The notes beneath the pieces were generated by a model. The model did no database searches and was not told the origin of the DNA. It worked only from the letters and a program-made list of their open reading frames with translations. Positions 1 to 9,700 of a stretch of 64,000 nt of DNA are shown piece after piece (the first letter of the stretch is position 1; every line of letters starts with the position of its first letter). This stretch comes from an uncultured Desulfovibrionaceae bacterium (GTDB lineage Bacteria > Desulfobacterota > Desulfovibrionia > Desulfovibrionales > Desulfovibrionaceae). Both the position numbers and the translations under genes were made by a program. Location: the NCBI GenBank assembly GCA_937934715.1, contig CALGYO010000049.1:19257-83256 (forward strand). Reading direction: 5' to 3'.

Positions 1-446
1 TCGTTCTTCTCCTGACGTTCGTTCGTTTGCCCTGGCGCCTTGCGCATGCGCAACCCCGCCTCCCCGCTTCCCTGCGTCCCTGGGAGGCCTTCCTGGCCAT
101 CCTGGTCGAGCGGCTGTTTTACGTCCTGCTCTTTCTCCAAACCTTTTCCGGCTGGGCCATCTACAGCATCTCTCCGTACAAGGCCCTGTTTTTCGGGACC
201 AGGCGGATCCCCGACCTGCCCTTCCTGGGCGGGCTGGCCGGAAACGAGGCCGCGAAGGACCTGCTCGAGGGAATCCACAGGGCCGGGGCGGCGCTTTTGG
301 CCGGACTCATCGTCCTGCACGCGGGCGCGGCTCTCAAGCACCATTTCATCGAGCGGGACGAGGTGTTGCTGCGCATGACCCCGAAGGCGCTTTGGCCGTG
401 GCTGGGGCGGCTGCGCGCAGATGTCCGGGGCAAGAGACGCGGATAA
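1..446 (+). CDS. cytochrome b561-family membrane protein, 5' end outside window
   Basis: Frame is open from the window edge; hydrophobic helices and C-terminal LHAGAALKHHFIERDEVLLRM resemble CybB-type dihaem cytochrome b561. Confidence 0.6.
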   Translation, partial: VLLLTFVRLPWRLAHAQPRLPASLRPWEAFLAILVERLFYVLLFLQTFSGWAIYSISPYKALFFGTRRIPDLPFLGGLAGNEAAKDLLEGIHRAGAALLAGLIVLHAGAALKHHFIERDEVLLRMTPKALWPWLGRLRADVRGKRRG

Positions 447-554
447 GCCCGCGCTGTTGATGAGCCGTCCGGGCCGGAAAGCGCAAAACCGCGCGAGGGG
501 TGAAAAGGCTCCCGCCTTTTGCGCCGCTTCGTCTGAAAAACCAAGGACGCGCGC

Positions 555-923
555 ATGTTCGTGACGAAACGCGTTTATGAAGAGGCTTCTCCCGAGGATG
601 GGAAGCGCTACCTGGTGGACCGGCTCTGGCCCCGGGGCGTGAAAAAGGAGACGGCGGCCCTGGACGGCTGGCTGAAAAGCCTCGCCCCGAGCGACGCGCT
701 GCGCAAATGGGCGCATAGCGGGCCTTTCCCGTGGGAGGAGTTCAAAAAACGCTATCAGGACGAGCTGACGGTCCCGGAAGCGAGGGGGAAAATGGAGCGT
801 CTGCGCGAGGAGTCGCGCGCCGGGCGCGTCACCTTGCTGTTCGCGGCCAAAGATCCGCTACGCAACAACGCGGTTTGCCTGAAGGAAATTCTGGAGCAGG
901 AAGAATGGCCGCGTATAAGCTGA
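555..923 (+). CDS. DUF488 (YeaO-like) family protein
   Basis: KRVYEEASPEDGKRYLVDRLWPRGVKKE...LDGWLKSLAPSDALRKW is the canonical DUF488 N-terminal signature. Confidence 0.8.
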   Translation: MFVTKRVYEEASPEDGKRYLVDRLWPRGVKKETAALDGWLKSLAPSDALRKWAHSGPFPWEEFKKRYQDELTVPEARGKMERLREESRAGRVTLLFAAKDPLRNNAVCLKEILEQEEWPRIS

Positions 924-1207
924 CGAGAGCCCATGATGACTCCTGGTTTGTTGCTCGAAGCGAGGGGAACGGCCACGCGTAGCGATGTCCGCGGCGAGTG
1001 CCGCGGGAAGGGGTTGTTCGCCTTTTCACTCCCAGGAACAGGCCTTTTCCGCTTCACCTAACAGACGAAAATCCGGAGGAGATTTCAACTCGCCGCGCGT
1101 GAGCGCCATCGACCGGCGGGAAAACCGGCATGCCGCCTCCAAGGCGCGGCGTCTTTCGCCGCGCCGGCGCGTATGCGGCGGGACTGCGCGGGAAACGCCG
1201 CGCCGGA

Positions 1208-1894
1208 TCAGCGCCGCAGGCGGAGCGTGTTTTTTTGCGACAGGATGTGCTTGACCACGAAGTCCTTGCCGTGGGGGATGTATTCCTCCACCCAGTCCAT
1301 GGCGCCGCGCACGTCCCCGGCCATGACCATCCGGGTCATGCCCCGGTGGATGACGATTTCGTTGTGCGTGTCGTCCCGGTCGTTCTCGATGCAGGCGATG
1401 ATGACCTGCAGGGTCCGCATGAGGCTTTCTTCCAGTTCGGCCAGCTTCAGGCTGCCCGTCAGTCCGACCAGGGCCTTGTGGTAATTGATGTGGGCGTTGG
1501 CGATGATGACCGGATCGTCCAGCTCGGCCACCGCCTCGTAGGCGACGGTGCTTTCCTCCAGGGCGCGCAGCAGGCTTTGCGACGCCTCGGGGATGCATTC
1601 GCAGGCCTTGAGCTCCAGGATCCGGCGCGTCAGAAAGATGTCATCGATTTCCTCCAGGGACAGCTTGCGCACGGACGCCCCCTTGTTCGGCAGGTGGGCC
1701 ACAAGCTCCTCGGCGCCCAGGATGCGCAGGGCCTCCCGCACCGAACTGCGCGAGACGCCCAGGGAGCGGGACAGGGCCACCTCCTTGAGCTGGTCGCCCG
1801 GGAGGAAGGTCCCGTCGAAAATGGCGCGCCGCAACGTCGCCGCGATCATGGCTACGCTGCTGGGCCTGGTCCCTTCTGTCTGGCGGGTCGTCAT
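1208..1894 (-). CDS. GntR/FadR-family transcriptional regulator
   Basis: Winged-HTH LPGDQLKEVALSRSLGVSRSSVREALRILGAEELV followed by helical FCD-like domain; last gene of the minus-strand transporter/amidohydrolase cluster. Confidence 0.8.
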   Translation of the reverse strand: MTTRQTEGTRPSSVAMIAATLRRAIFDGTFLPGDQLKEVALSRSLGVSRSSVREALRILGAEELVAHLPNKGASVRKLSLEEIDDIFLTRRILELKACECIPEASQSLLRALEESTVAYEAVAELDDPVIIANAHINYHKALVGLTGSLKLAELEESLMRTLQVIIACIENDRDDTHNEIVIHRGMTRMVMAGDVRGAMDWVEEYIPHGKDFVVKHILSQKNTLRLRR

Positions 1895-1913
1895 CTCTGT
1901 TTCCTGAACGTTG

Positions 1914-3173
1914 TTATCGCGCTTTCCAAACCACGCGCCCCCGGGAAAGGGACATGTCCGCCAGCGGGGCGCCGATGGCCGTGGCCAGCTGGTTGGGATG
2001 GCCGCAATCGAAAATGGTCACGTCCCCGCGCTTGCCCACGTCCAGGGAGCCCCGGTCATGCCCCTTGCCCAGGGCGTAGGCCGCGTTCAGGGTGGCGCCC
2101 ACGATGGCCTCGGCCGGGGTGAGCCTGAACCAGGAACAGGCCTGGGCGATGGTCAGCGGCAACGAGGTGGCCTGGAACGACGAGCAGTAGTCCGTGGCCA
2201 CGGCGACGGGAACGTTGTTCTCGATGAAGAGCCTGGCGTTGGCCTTTTGTTCGTCGAGATAGAACTGTTCCGCCAGCGGCAAGAGCACGGCGACCGTCGA
2301 GGCGGCGCCCACGGCCCGTATTTCGGAATCCGGCGTATAGGTGAGGTGGTCGGCGGAAAGCGCTCCCCCCTCGACCGCCGTGCGCCACCCGCGTGAATCG
2401 GAGGACGCGTCCGCATGAATGCGGACAGGTAACCCCAAAGAACGGGAAACATCAATGAGCTCTTTGGCCTGGGAGGCCGAAAAGTCGCCGTTTTCACAGG
2501 AGATGTCGTGCAGCTCGGCGATGCCCTGGGCAAGCGCGGCGGGAAGCATCTCGTTTCTGACGCTGGCGAGGAACGCCTCGGCGCTGCGTCCGTCCTGGGG
2601 CGCGATATGGGCGCCCAGAAAGGTGAAGACGATGTCCATGGCCGTGTGTCCGGCGGCCTGGCGCAACAGCCGCAAAAGCCGCAGCTCGCCCTCGGCGTCG
2701 AGCCCGTAGCCGGACTTGACCTCGAGCGTGGTCACCCCTCCGGCCGCGATGCGCTCGAAGGCGCGGGCGGCGTTGCGCAGAAGCTCCTCGTCGCCCGCCT
2801 TGCGCGTGTTCACGATGGTGGACCAGATGCCGCCGCCCTCGGCGCGGATTTCCCCGCCGCTGGCGCCTTCCAGACGGCGCACGTACTCCCAGTGCCGGTC
2901 GCCCGCGAAAATGGGATGGCAGTGGCATTCCACGAGCCCGGGCAGGACCGTCTTGCCCGAGGCGTCAAGCACGGGCGCGTCGTCGCCGTATCGGCGCAGC
3001 ACTTCTTCCGATGAGCCCACGGCCTTGATGACGCCGCCGCGAATGGCCAGGGCGCCGTCGTGGATGACGTCGAGCTCCCCCTGGGCCCGGCCCGCCCGGG
3101 GGCCGCCCGCGGCGTCCGTGACGCGCGCGAGGCTTTTTGCGTGGGCAATGGTGACGTCGCCGTTCATCGTCAT
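1914..3173 (-). CDS. imidazolonepropionase-like amidohydrolase (HutI family)
   Basis: Metal-ligand motifs CHCHPIFAGDR, KSGYGLD, GAHIAP, RIHAD, SADHL, VAVATDY; start moved to internal ATG (MTMNGD) preceded by AAAGGGG. Confidence 0.75.
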   Translation of the reverse strand: MTMNGDVTIAHAKSLARVTDAAGGPRAGRAQGELDVIHDGALAIRGGVIKAVGSSEEVLRRYGDDAPVLDASGKTVLPGLVECHCHPIFAGDRHWEYVRRLEGASGGEIRAEGGGIWSTIVNTRKAGDEELLRNAARAFERIAAGGVTTLEVKSGYGLDAEGELRLLRLLRQAAGHTAMDIVFTFLGAHIAPQDGRSAEAFLASVRNEMLPAALAQGIAELHDISCENGDFSASQAKELIDVSRSLGLPVRIHADASSDSRGWRTAVEGGALSADHLTYTPDSEIRAVGAASTVAVLLPLAEQFYLDEQKANARLFIENNVPVAVATDYCSSFQATSLPLTIAQACSWFRLTPAEAIVGATLNAAYALGKGHDRGSLDVGKRGDVTIFDCGHPNQLATAIGAPLADMSLSRGRVVWKAR

Positions 3174-3202
3174 CCCCTTTTTTTCTTTCGGCGCGGCGCG
3201 GT

Positions 3203-3892
3203 TCATGACGTCCGGGCGCATGCCAGCTCCTGCAGCGCGCGGGCCGTGATGCTCGCGGCGCACAGCGCCGGCAGCCCGGACGCGTCGCGGACCGTCCGGC
3301 GTTGCTCCTCCGTGAATCCCATGTCGTCCAGCAGGACGACGTCCGCGCCCGCCGCGCTCGCCCGCAAGGCCGCCAGGACGAGCGCCTCCCTCCCGTCATA
3401 GGGCGAGGCCGCCGCCGTGGAAACGCGGGCCGCGTAGGCGCTCCACTGGGCGGGCGCCGCTTCCATGTCGGACTCCGGCCCGATGACGCACAAATGTCCG
3501 CGGCCCGCCATGGCGGCGACCACGGGGCGGATAAGCGTTATGGGCTCGATAAGCCGGGGGACGGCCCGCTTCAATTCCGGAAACCGTCCCGAACAAAGAA
3601 GAACCAGGGCGTCGCAGCGCGCATCCAGTTCCAGCCCGGCGGCGATGAGCCGGGGCAGGAGAAGGCGCTTGGCCACGAACACGCCTTTGACGGCGCCATG
3701 TTCGGCCCGCAGGCAGGTTTCGATGCCGGGTTCCCCCGCCTGTGGGGCCAGCCGCGCGCAGTCCCCATGGTCCAGACCGTCCAGGGCGCCGCGTTGCGAG
3801 AAGGCGACGCCGTCTCCCAGGACGGCCCGAAACGTGGGTTCGATGTCCGTGCGGGGCGCCTGCCCCAGCGTCAGCATTCCATACGTGACCAT
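3203..3892 (-). CDS. AroM-family protein
   Basis: MVTYGMLTLGQAPRTD..., LLCSGRFP, VIGPESDM pattern typical of AroM-like proteins; start at internal ATG. Confidence 0.55.
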   Translation of the reverse strand: MVTYGMLTLGQAPRTDIEPTFRAVLGDGVAFSQRGALDGLDHGDCARLAPQAGEPGIETCLRAEHGAVKGVFVAKRLLLPRLIAAGLELDARCDALVLLCSGRFPELKRAVPRLIEPITLIRPVVAAMAGRGHLCVIGPESDMEAAPAQWSAYAARVSTAAASPYDGREALVLAALRASAAGADVVLLDDMGFTEEQRRTVRDASGLPALCAASITARALQELACARTS

Positions 3893-3976
3893 GCGAGTGT
3901 TCCGTGGCGCGGCCGGGCCGGGACATGAAGAAGCCACTCCCGGGAGGAAGTGGCTTCTTCACGGCATTGACCGGTA

Positions 3977-4852
3977 TTAGTTGACGGCTTCGCCATTGAT
4001 GAGGGGACGCTCAAGGGCGCCGGATTCGGCGCCCCATTTCTTGAGGATCTCCAGGTAGGCGCCGTCGGCGAAGACCTTTTTCAGCGCGGCGTACACGGCG
4101 TCGCGCAGCTTGGCGTTGTCCTTGCTGAAAGCGATGCCGTAGGGGTTGGACTCAAGCAGCGGCCCCACGGCCACGAAGGCGCCCTTTTGCTGCACATTGG
4201 CCCAGCCCAGGGCCTCGGGGCTCAGGGCGGAAGCCTGGGCCCGGCCCTGCAGCATCTGCATGCGCGCGGAGGCCGCGGAATCCATGGCCATGATGGTGAT
4301 GCCGGGCTTGCCCTTGTCGAGGAGGTTGTCCTTGTTCCATTTCTGCATGGTGGTCAGGTAGTCCGTGGAGGCGGACACCGCCAGGGTCTTGCCGCTTAGG
4401 TCCTCAAGGCTCTTGATTTCGCCCGCCAGCTCCTTGGTGGTGAAGCACTGGGTGCCGGAATTGAAATAGTCGATGAAGTCAAGGGTCTTGCGGCGCTCGG
4501 CGCTGTCGGACATGCCGGAGATGACCATATCCACGCGCTTGGTGTTGATGGAGTTGATGAGCTGGTCGAACTGCTGATCGTCGAACTCGATGGCGATGCC
4601 GAGCTCCTTGGCCATGGCCTGGGCCAGCTCCACGTCGATGCCGACCAGGGCGTCGGAACCGGGTTCCTTGAATTCCATGGGAGGAAAGATGCCGTTGACG
4701 CCGATGATGATCTTTCCGCTTTTCTTGATGGCGTCGGGCAGCATGTCGTGCAGGGACGCGGCGAAGGCCGGGCCCGAGAACAAAAGGACGGCAAGGCACA
4801 GCATTGTGGTGAGATTCTTTTTAAGCAACGTCTTTTCCTCCTGGTAGGCCAT
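3977..4852 (-). CDS. amino-acid ABC transporter substrate-binding protein (family 3)
   Basis: Signal peptide ending FSGPAFA, then KIIIGVNGIFPPMEFKE...VGIDVELAQAMAKELG typical of polar amino-acid binding proteins. Confidence 0.85.
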   Translation of the reverse strand: MAYQEEKTLLKKNLTTMLCLAVLLFSGPAFAASLHDMLPDAIKKSGKIIIGVNGIFPPMEFKEPGSDALVGIDVELAQAMAKELGIAIEFDDQQFDQLINSINTKRVDMVISGMSDSAERRKTLDFIDYFNSGTQCFTTKELAGEIKSLEDLSGKTLAVSASTDYLTTMQKWNKDNLLDKGKPGITIMAMDSAASARMQMLQGRAQASALSPEALGWANVQQKGAFVAVGPLLESNPYGIAFSKDNAKLRDAVYAALKKVFADGAYLEILKKWGAESGALERPLINGEAVN

Positions 4853-5017
4853 GGGCTGGGTTGATGATTCTGGCCGCTATGGGCGAATGCGTTCCTCACG
4901 ACAGGGGCTGGCGCATCGGTCGCGTCCGCCTTTCGCGATCCGGCTCGACCGCCGCCCCGGGCGGCGTCCTTGAAAAAAAGAGGGAATCAAGACGGCATCC
5001 TCAAGCCGCGCAGGCGC

Positions 5018-5806
5018 TCATCGAGCGGGCGCGCGCTCGGCGATGGAGCCGAGAAAGGCTTTGGTGCGTTCCTCCCGGGGATTGTCGAACACCTGCGCCG
5101 GGGTTCCCTCCTCCACCACGCAGCCCTGGTCCATGAAGACCACCTTGTGGGCCACGTTCTTGGCGAACTCCATCTCGTGGGTGACCACGATCATGGTCAT
5201 GCCGCTTTCGGCAAGATCGCGCATGACGGTGAGCACTTCGCCCACAAGCTCCGGGTCCAGGGCGCTCGTAGGCTCGTCGAAGAGCATGAGCCCCGGCTCC
5301 ATGGCCAGGGAGCGGGCGATGGCCACGCGCTGCTGCTGCCCGCCGGAGAGCTGCTTGGGAAAGCGGTCCGCCCAGTCCCGCAGCCCGACCTTCTCCAGAA
5401 GCCCGTAGGCGCGCCGCCTGGCCGTCCGGGGATCCTCCCGCTTGACCGTGACCGGACCCTCGATGATGTTCTCCAGGACCGTCATGTGCGGGAACAGGTT
5501 GAAATTCTGGAAGACCATGCCGATCTTCGCCCGCATCCCGCAGAGTTCCTTTTCGTTCTGCTCGTACAACCGGCCCTTGCGCTCGTTGTAGCCGACCAGC
5601 GCGCCGGCGACGTAGATCCGGCCCGCGTTGATGGTCTCCAGGTGATTGACGCAGCGCAGAAAGGTGCTTTTCCCGGAGCCCGAGGGGCCGAGCAGGCACA
5701 ACACCTCGCCCTTGTCCACGTCCAGATTGATCCCTTTGAGGATCTCGTGGTCGCCGTAGGATTTGTGGACGTTCACGGCGCGCAGCATGGGGATTTCGCT
5801 TGGCAT
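5018..5806 (-). CDS. amino-acid ABC transporter ATP-binding protein
   Basis: Walker [13 protein letters not shown] signature [13 protein letters not shown], Walker [13 protein letters not shown]. Confidence 0.95.
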   Translation of the reverse strand: MPSEIPMLRAVNVHKSYGDHEILKGINLDVDKGEVLCLLGPSGSGKSTFLRCVNHLETINAGRIYVAGALVGYNERKGRLYEQNEKELCGMRAKIGMVFQNFNLFPHMTVLENIIEGPVTVKREDPRTARRRAYGLLEKVGLRDWADRFPKQLSGGQQQRVAIARSLAMEPGLMLFDEPTSALDPELVGEVLTVMRDLAESGMTMIVVTHEMEFAKNVAHKVVFMDQGCVVEEGTPAQVFDNPREERTKAFLGSIAERAPAR

Positions 5807-5808
5807 GG

Positions 5809-6687
5809 CTAGGCTCCGTCCCGGCGCTTTCCGCCAAAGGCGTTGGCCCGCAAGGTTCCCAGGAAACCGCGTTTTTCGCCGAAGGCGTGTCCGCGCGCGA
5901 AACGCCGTTCGATCCCCATCTGAAAGACGCTCAGGATGGTCACCACGATCAGGTACCAGCCGGTGGCCACGATGAGCAGTTCCATGACCTTGGCGTTGAC
6001 GAAATAGATGACCTGGGCCTTGTGCAACAGTTCGGTGAAGGCGATGGCGCTGGCCATGGACGAGGTCTTGAGCAGGCCGATGAATTCATTGCCCACGGGC
6101 GGGATGATGACGCGCATGGCCTGGGGCAGAACGATGCGGCGCATGGCCAAAAGCCGGGTCATGCCGAGCGAGGTTGCGGCGTCGAGCTGTCCCTTGTCCA
6201 CGGAGAGGATGCCGCCGCGCACGATTTCCGTCAGATAGGCGCCCTCGTTGAGACCCAGCCCCAGAAGGGCGGCCATGAAGGGCGTCATCACGTCCACCAT
6301 GCGGTATTGGGCGAAGCCCAGGTTTACCACGGGAAAGATGAGCGCCAGATTGAACCAGATGAGAAGCTGCAGATAGACCGGGGCGCCCCGGAACAGCCAG
6401 ATGTAGAGCCCCGAAAACATGCGGGACACGGGATTCTGGGAAAGACGCATGATGGCGAAGATCACCCCGAGCGCAAGCCCCATGAGCATGGAGCAGATCG
6501 TGATGAGGATGGTGCTTGCCAGGCCGTCGAGAAGCGCCGCCGAAAAGAAGAACTTCTCCACCACGGGCCAGTCGATCTGCCCCACGATGAAGGCGTTCAC
6601 GATAAGGCCCAAAAGCCCTATCAGGACAACGCCGGAAACCCATCGTCCGTAGTGGCGCAGCGGAATGATTTTGTCGTTGGTCATCAT
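5809..6687 (-). CDS. amino-acid ABC transporter permease
   Basis: Multi-TM protein with EAA-type loop ([23 protein letters not shown]); start placed at MMTNDK rather than the upstream ATG. Confidence 0.85.
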   Translation of the reverse strand: MMTNDKIIPLRHYGRWVSGVVLIGLLGLIVNAFIVGQIDWPVVEKFFFSAALLDGLASTILITICSMLMGLALGVIFAIMRLSQNPVSRMFSGLYIWLFRGAPVYLQLLIWFNLALIFPVVNLGFAQYRMVDVMTPFMAALLGLGLNEGAYLTEIVRGGILSVDKGQLDAATSLGMTRLLAMRRIVLPQAMRVIIPPVGNEFIGLLKTSSMASAIAFTELLHKAQVIYFVNAKVMELLIVATGWYLIVVTILSVFQMGIERRFARGHAFGEKRGFLGTLRANAFGGKRRDGA

Positions 6688-6756
6688 GTCTTTTTCCAAG
6701 GCCGAACGCGTCGGAAACGGCTTCCCGCGTGATTCCCGGACGGAACCCGCAAGGAA

Positions 6757-6779
6757 TGTCCGACAATTTTTGTCGGACA
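6757..6779. promoter_or_regulatory. perfect inverted repeat TGTCCGACAA-N3-TTGTCGGACA upstream of the ABC/amidohydrolase operon (candidate GntR operator)
   Basis: 10-bp arms are exact reverse complements; lies about 70-90 nt upstream of the permease start, just downstream of a TTGACG -35-like hexamer on the minus strand. Confidence 0.35.
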
Positions 6780-7487
6780 ACTTTTGCCCGGCAATGGAGC
6801 CTCCGTCAAGACAAATTACGGTTTGCTGACAAATATGGCAAAAGAGGGCGCCGCATTCCCGCGACGCGTCGTCCTGAGTCCGGTTCGTTTGGGGCTTCGG
6901 ACCGATCCCGCGTGTTCAAGACGGGAGATGATGCACAATGCTCCGGCAATCTGCCGATGCTCGATCCAGAGTCCATAAGCAGATGAAATGATGAAGGGGT
7001 TCCAAGAGGCGCGGCCTTGGCCGGCGGCGGGTTCTTGCCAACCCATTGCGCATCATTCCCGACGGTGGGCGCCCAAGCTACGTGACCGTCGCGGCCGCCT
7101 GGAACGGGGAGAAGGGCGCCAGGGGAGGGCCCAAGGCCGAACCTCACGGGCCATGGGCGCCGCATGACGCGCGCGGCAGAGGGGCGAGCGGTGGGCATGC
7201 CGCAGCGTACGGGGGCGCCGGAAAGAGCGTGGGGCGTGATCCTGTATCCGGTCCTCCCCATTGGGCGGCGGACGCAAAAAGGGGCGGTCGCGGCCTCCAA
7301 CTGCGCCGCATCCGTCATGATGGCCGTTGCGGCGGGGACGATAAGCGCGGGGACGGCGTTTCATGCTTCCTACATCTATCGCTGCGATCCGTAACAGCGT
7401 GGGCTTCTTTCCTGGACTCCCTGTTGCGGATGTTTTATGAAAAAATGCAGGATCCGCCTCATGGCGCCCGGCTCGCAACGCCTCCAT

Positions 7488-7532
7488 CGGATCGGCCGGA
7501 TCGGCCGGATCGGCCGGATCCGCCGGATCTGG
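7488..7532. repeat. tandem 9-bp repeat CGGATCGGC x5 (last two units imperfect)
   Basis: Read directly: cggatcggc cggatcggc cggatcggc cggatccgc cggatctgg; each unit carries a GATC. Confidence 0.9.
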
Positions 7533-7647
7533 ACGATGCGGCGGGGCGTCTTGGACCATGGGATTTCACGCCTCGGGCGTCGGGGAATCGCCTCGCAAGC
7601 GCGCGGGGCCAACCGGGGCCGGTCACTCTTAACGGGACAGGTGCGCG

Positions 7648-8835
7648 ATGAAAACAGCCATGTCTTTTGGAACGATGGTTTTGTCTGTTTGTCTCCTGGT
7701 TCCCTTGACCCTGGCCGCCGCGACAAAGCAGGGCGACCGCGTCAATGCGACATACTGGTGCGCCTGGGGCGGCAATACCTCGTACAGCGTCGAAGGCAAG
7801 CAGATCCAGTCGAACCCCGTCGATATGGACGCCGTCGACTCCTGTTACAATGTCATCATCGTCGCCTTCATCGTGACCGATGATTCGGGGAACTATATCC
7901 TCGCCTTGAAAAACCCGGGATCGCAAGGGAGTTCGTATTACACGGAACAACAAGTGAAGGACATGATCGCCAGGGCGAAGGAACAGGGACGAAAAGTGAT
8001 CGTCTCCCTTGGCGGACAATTTTTCAAAGTGAGCATGAAAACCCAGGATGACGTGACCACGTTTTCCACCCAGACGCGGAATATCGTCGATGCGTACGGG
8101 TTCGAAGGCATCGACCTGGACCTTGAAACCGATGCGCTCAGCGGGATCGATCCGGCGCTCATGGCTCAGGCGGTCATGGACGTCGTCTCCCATTACCGGG
8201 ACCTGGGTCAGGATTTTTGGCTAACCGCCGCTCCTGAATGGTGCTATATCGTTCCGTTCATGTACGGCTCGGGACAATGGGCCTCCCATACGCTCGCGGG
8301 CTCGTTCTACGTTGATCTGGTCCAGGCCGCCGGAATCGCCAATTTTTCGTATTTCTGGCCGCAACTGTACAATCAGGGCCCGGCCAACGGTTTCGCCGGT
8401 CCCGAAGAGGACGACCTGGGGTTTCCGGCCAAGGTGATTCCCACGGACGGCATGGACGCGTTCATGAGCGGCTTCGCCTGGGCCGCCTCCACGACCCAGG
8501 GATACGAAGCCAACGGGAGCATGGGCGTATTTATCCCCGCGCAGAAACTCGCGCTCGGCATTCCGGCGACGGAAGGCGCCGCAGGGGGGGAGATGACCTA
8601 TATCGCGACCCCGGCGCTCATCGCTTCCGGCTGGAGCATGATGCGGCAAAACAACGTCGCGATCGCGGGGTTCATGAACTGGAGCGTGGACTGGGACGCC
8701 TTGACCATCACGGACGGTGAGTTGTCCGCCGGATATGCGCACGCGCCATGGGCCACGGGCCTGGCCGTGGCGGATGTCCTGAAAAGCGCCGCCGGGACGC
8801 CGCTTCCGGCCGTGGATATCCTGCTCATGGAGTGA
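7648..8835 (+). CDS. secreted glycoside hydrolase family 18 (chitinase-like)
   Basis: N-terminal signal peptide (LLVPLTLAAA), SLGG motif and catalytic FEGIDLDLE (DxxDxDxE) motif of GH18. Confidence 0.8.
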   Translation: MKTAMSFGTMVLSVCLLVPLTLAAATKQGDRVNATYWCAWGGNTSYSVEGKQIQSNPVDMDAVDSCYNVIIVAFIVTDDSGNYILALKNPGSQGSSYYTEQQVKDMIARAKEQGRKVIVSLGGQFFKVSMKTQDDVTTFSTQTRNIVDAYGFEGIDLDLETDALSGIDPALMAQAVMDVVSHYRDLGQDFWLTAAPEWCYIVPFMYGSGQWASHTLAGSFYVDLVQAAGIANFSYFWPQLYNQGPANGFAGPEEDDLGFPAKVIPTDGMDAFMSGFAWAASTTQGYEANGSMGVFIPAQKLALGIPATEGAAGGEMTYIATPALIASGWSMMRQNNVAIAGFMNWSVDWDALTITDGELSAGYAHAPWATGLAVADVLKSAAGTPLPAVDILLME

Positions 8836-8891
8836 CCCGGCCCGCCGCCTTTGGCGGCGGCGCCAATCGCCCGCAACGACGAGGACCAGAC

Positions 8892-9689
8892 ATGGGCGAC
8901 ACGCACAGGATCCTGTATATTTCTCACGGCGGCGGCCCCCTGCCCGTGTTGGGGCATGCGGGCCACAAGGAAATGGCGGACAACCTGCGCCATCTGGCCG
9001 CGACCATGCCCAAGCCAGGGGCCATCCTCCTGATCAGCGCGCACTGGGAAGAATCCCGTCCAACGGCCACCCTCGGTTCACGCCCCCATCTGTACTTCGA
9101 CTACTCCGGCTTTCCCCGGGAAGCGTACGAGCTGGAGTATCCCGCCCCCGGCGACGACGCGCTCGCCGGGAGCGTGGGCGAGGCGCTTGGGGCGGCCGGA
9201 TTTGCGTGCGGCTTCGACGCCGAACGGGGATTCGACCACGCGCTGTTCATCCCGCTCATGCTCATGTACCCGCAGGCGGACGTTCCCTGCGTGGAATTGT
9301 CGCTTCTCAAGGGACTGGACCCGGCGGCCCACATCGCGCTTGGAGAGGCGCTGGCGGGCGTAACGCGCAAGGATCTGCTCATCATAGGATCAGGATTTTC
9401 CTTCCACAACATGCGGGCCTTCTTCACGCCGGATACGCCGGAAACCCGGGCCTGGAACGCCGCTTTCGACGCCTGGCTCACGGAAACCTGTTCCGGCCCG
9501 GCGCTTTCGGACGCCGAACGCCGTAACCGCCTGATCGAGTGGGAATCCGCCCCGCATGCCCGGTATTGCCATCCCAGGCAGGAGCATCTTCTTCCTTTGC
9601 ACGTCTGTTTCGGCGCGGCGGGCGGGTCGCGTCCCGAAGCGTTCCACCTTGAGATATTGAATAAAAAGGCAAGCGCCTTCAGGTGGTAG
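8892..9689 (+). CDS. class III extradiol dioxygenase subunit B-like (4,5-DOPA dioxygenase / YgiD type)
   Basis: ILYISHGGGPLPVLG, LLISAHWE and conserved His pattern of LigB/YgiD family; start at MGDTHR. Confidence 0.8.
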   Translation: MGDTHRILYISHGGGPLPVLGHAGHKEMADNLRHLAATMPKPGAILLISAHWEESRPTATLGSRPHLYFDYSGFPREAYELEYPAPGDDALAGSVGEALGAAGFACGFDAERGFDHALFIPLMLMYPQADVPCVELSLLKGLDPAAHIALGEALAGVTRKDLLIIGSGFSFHNMRAFFTPDTPETRAWNAAFDAWLTETCSGPALSDAERRNRLIEWESAPHARYCHPRQEHLLPLHVCFGAAGGSRPEAFHLEILNKKASAFRW

Positions 9690-9700
9690 GCGATCCTGCG

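Noticed and set aside
6781-7487. Possible riboswitch (c-di-GMP or cobalamin type) or degraded gene in the long spacer upstream of GH18
   Set aside because: No recognisable conserved riboswitch core (for example GEMM ACGCAAAGC or a B12 box), and no frame with protein-like translation; left as unexplained non-coding DNA.
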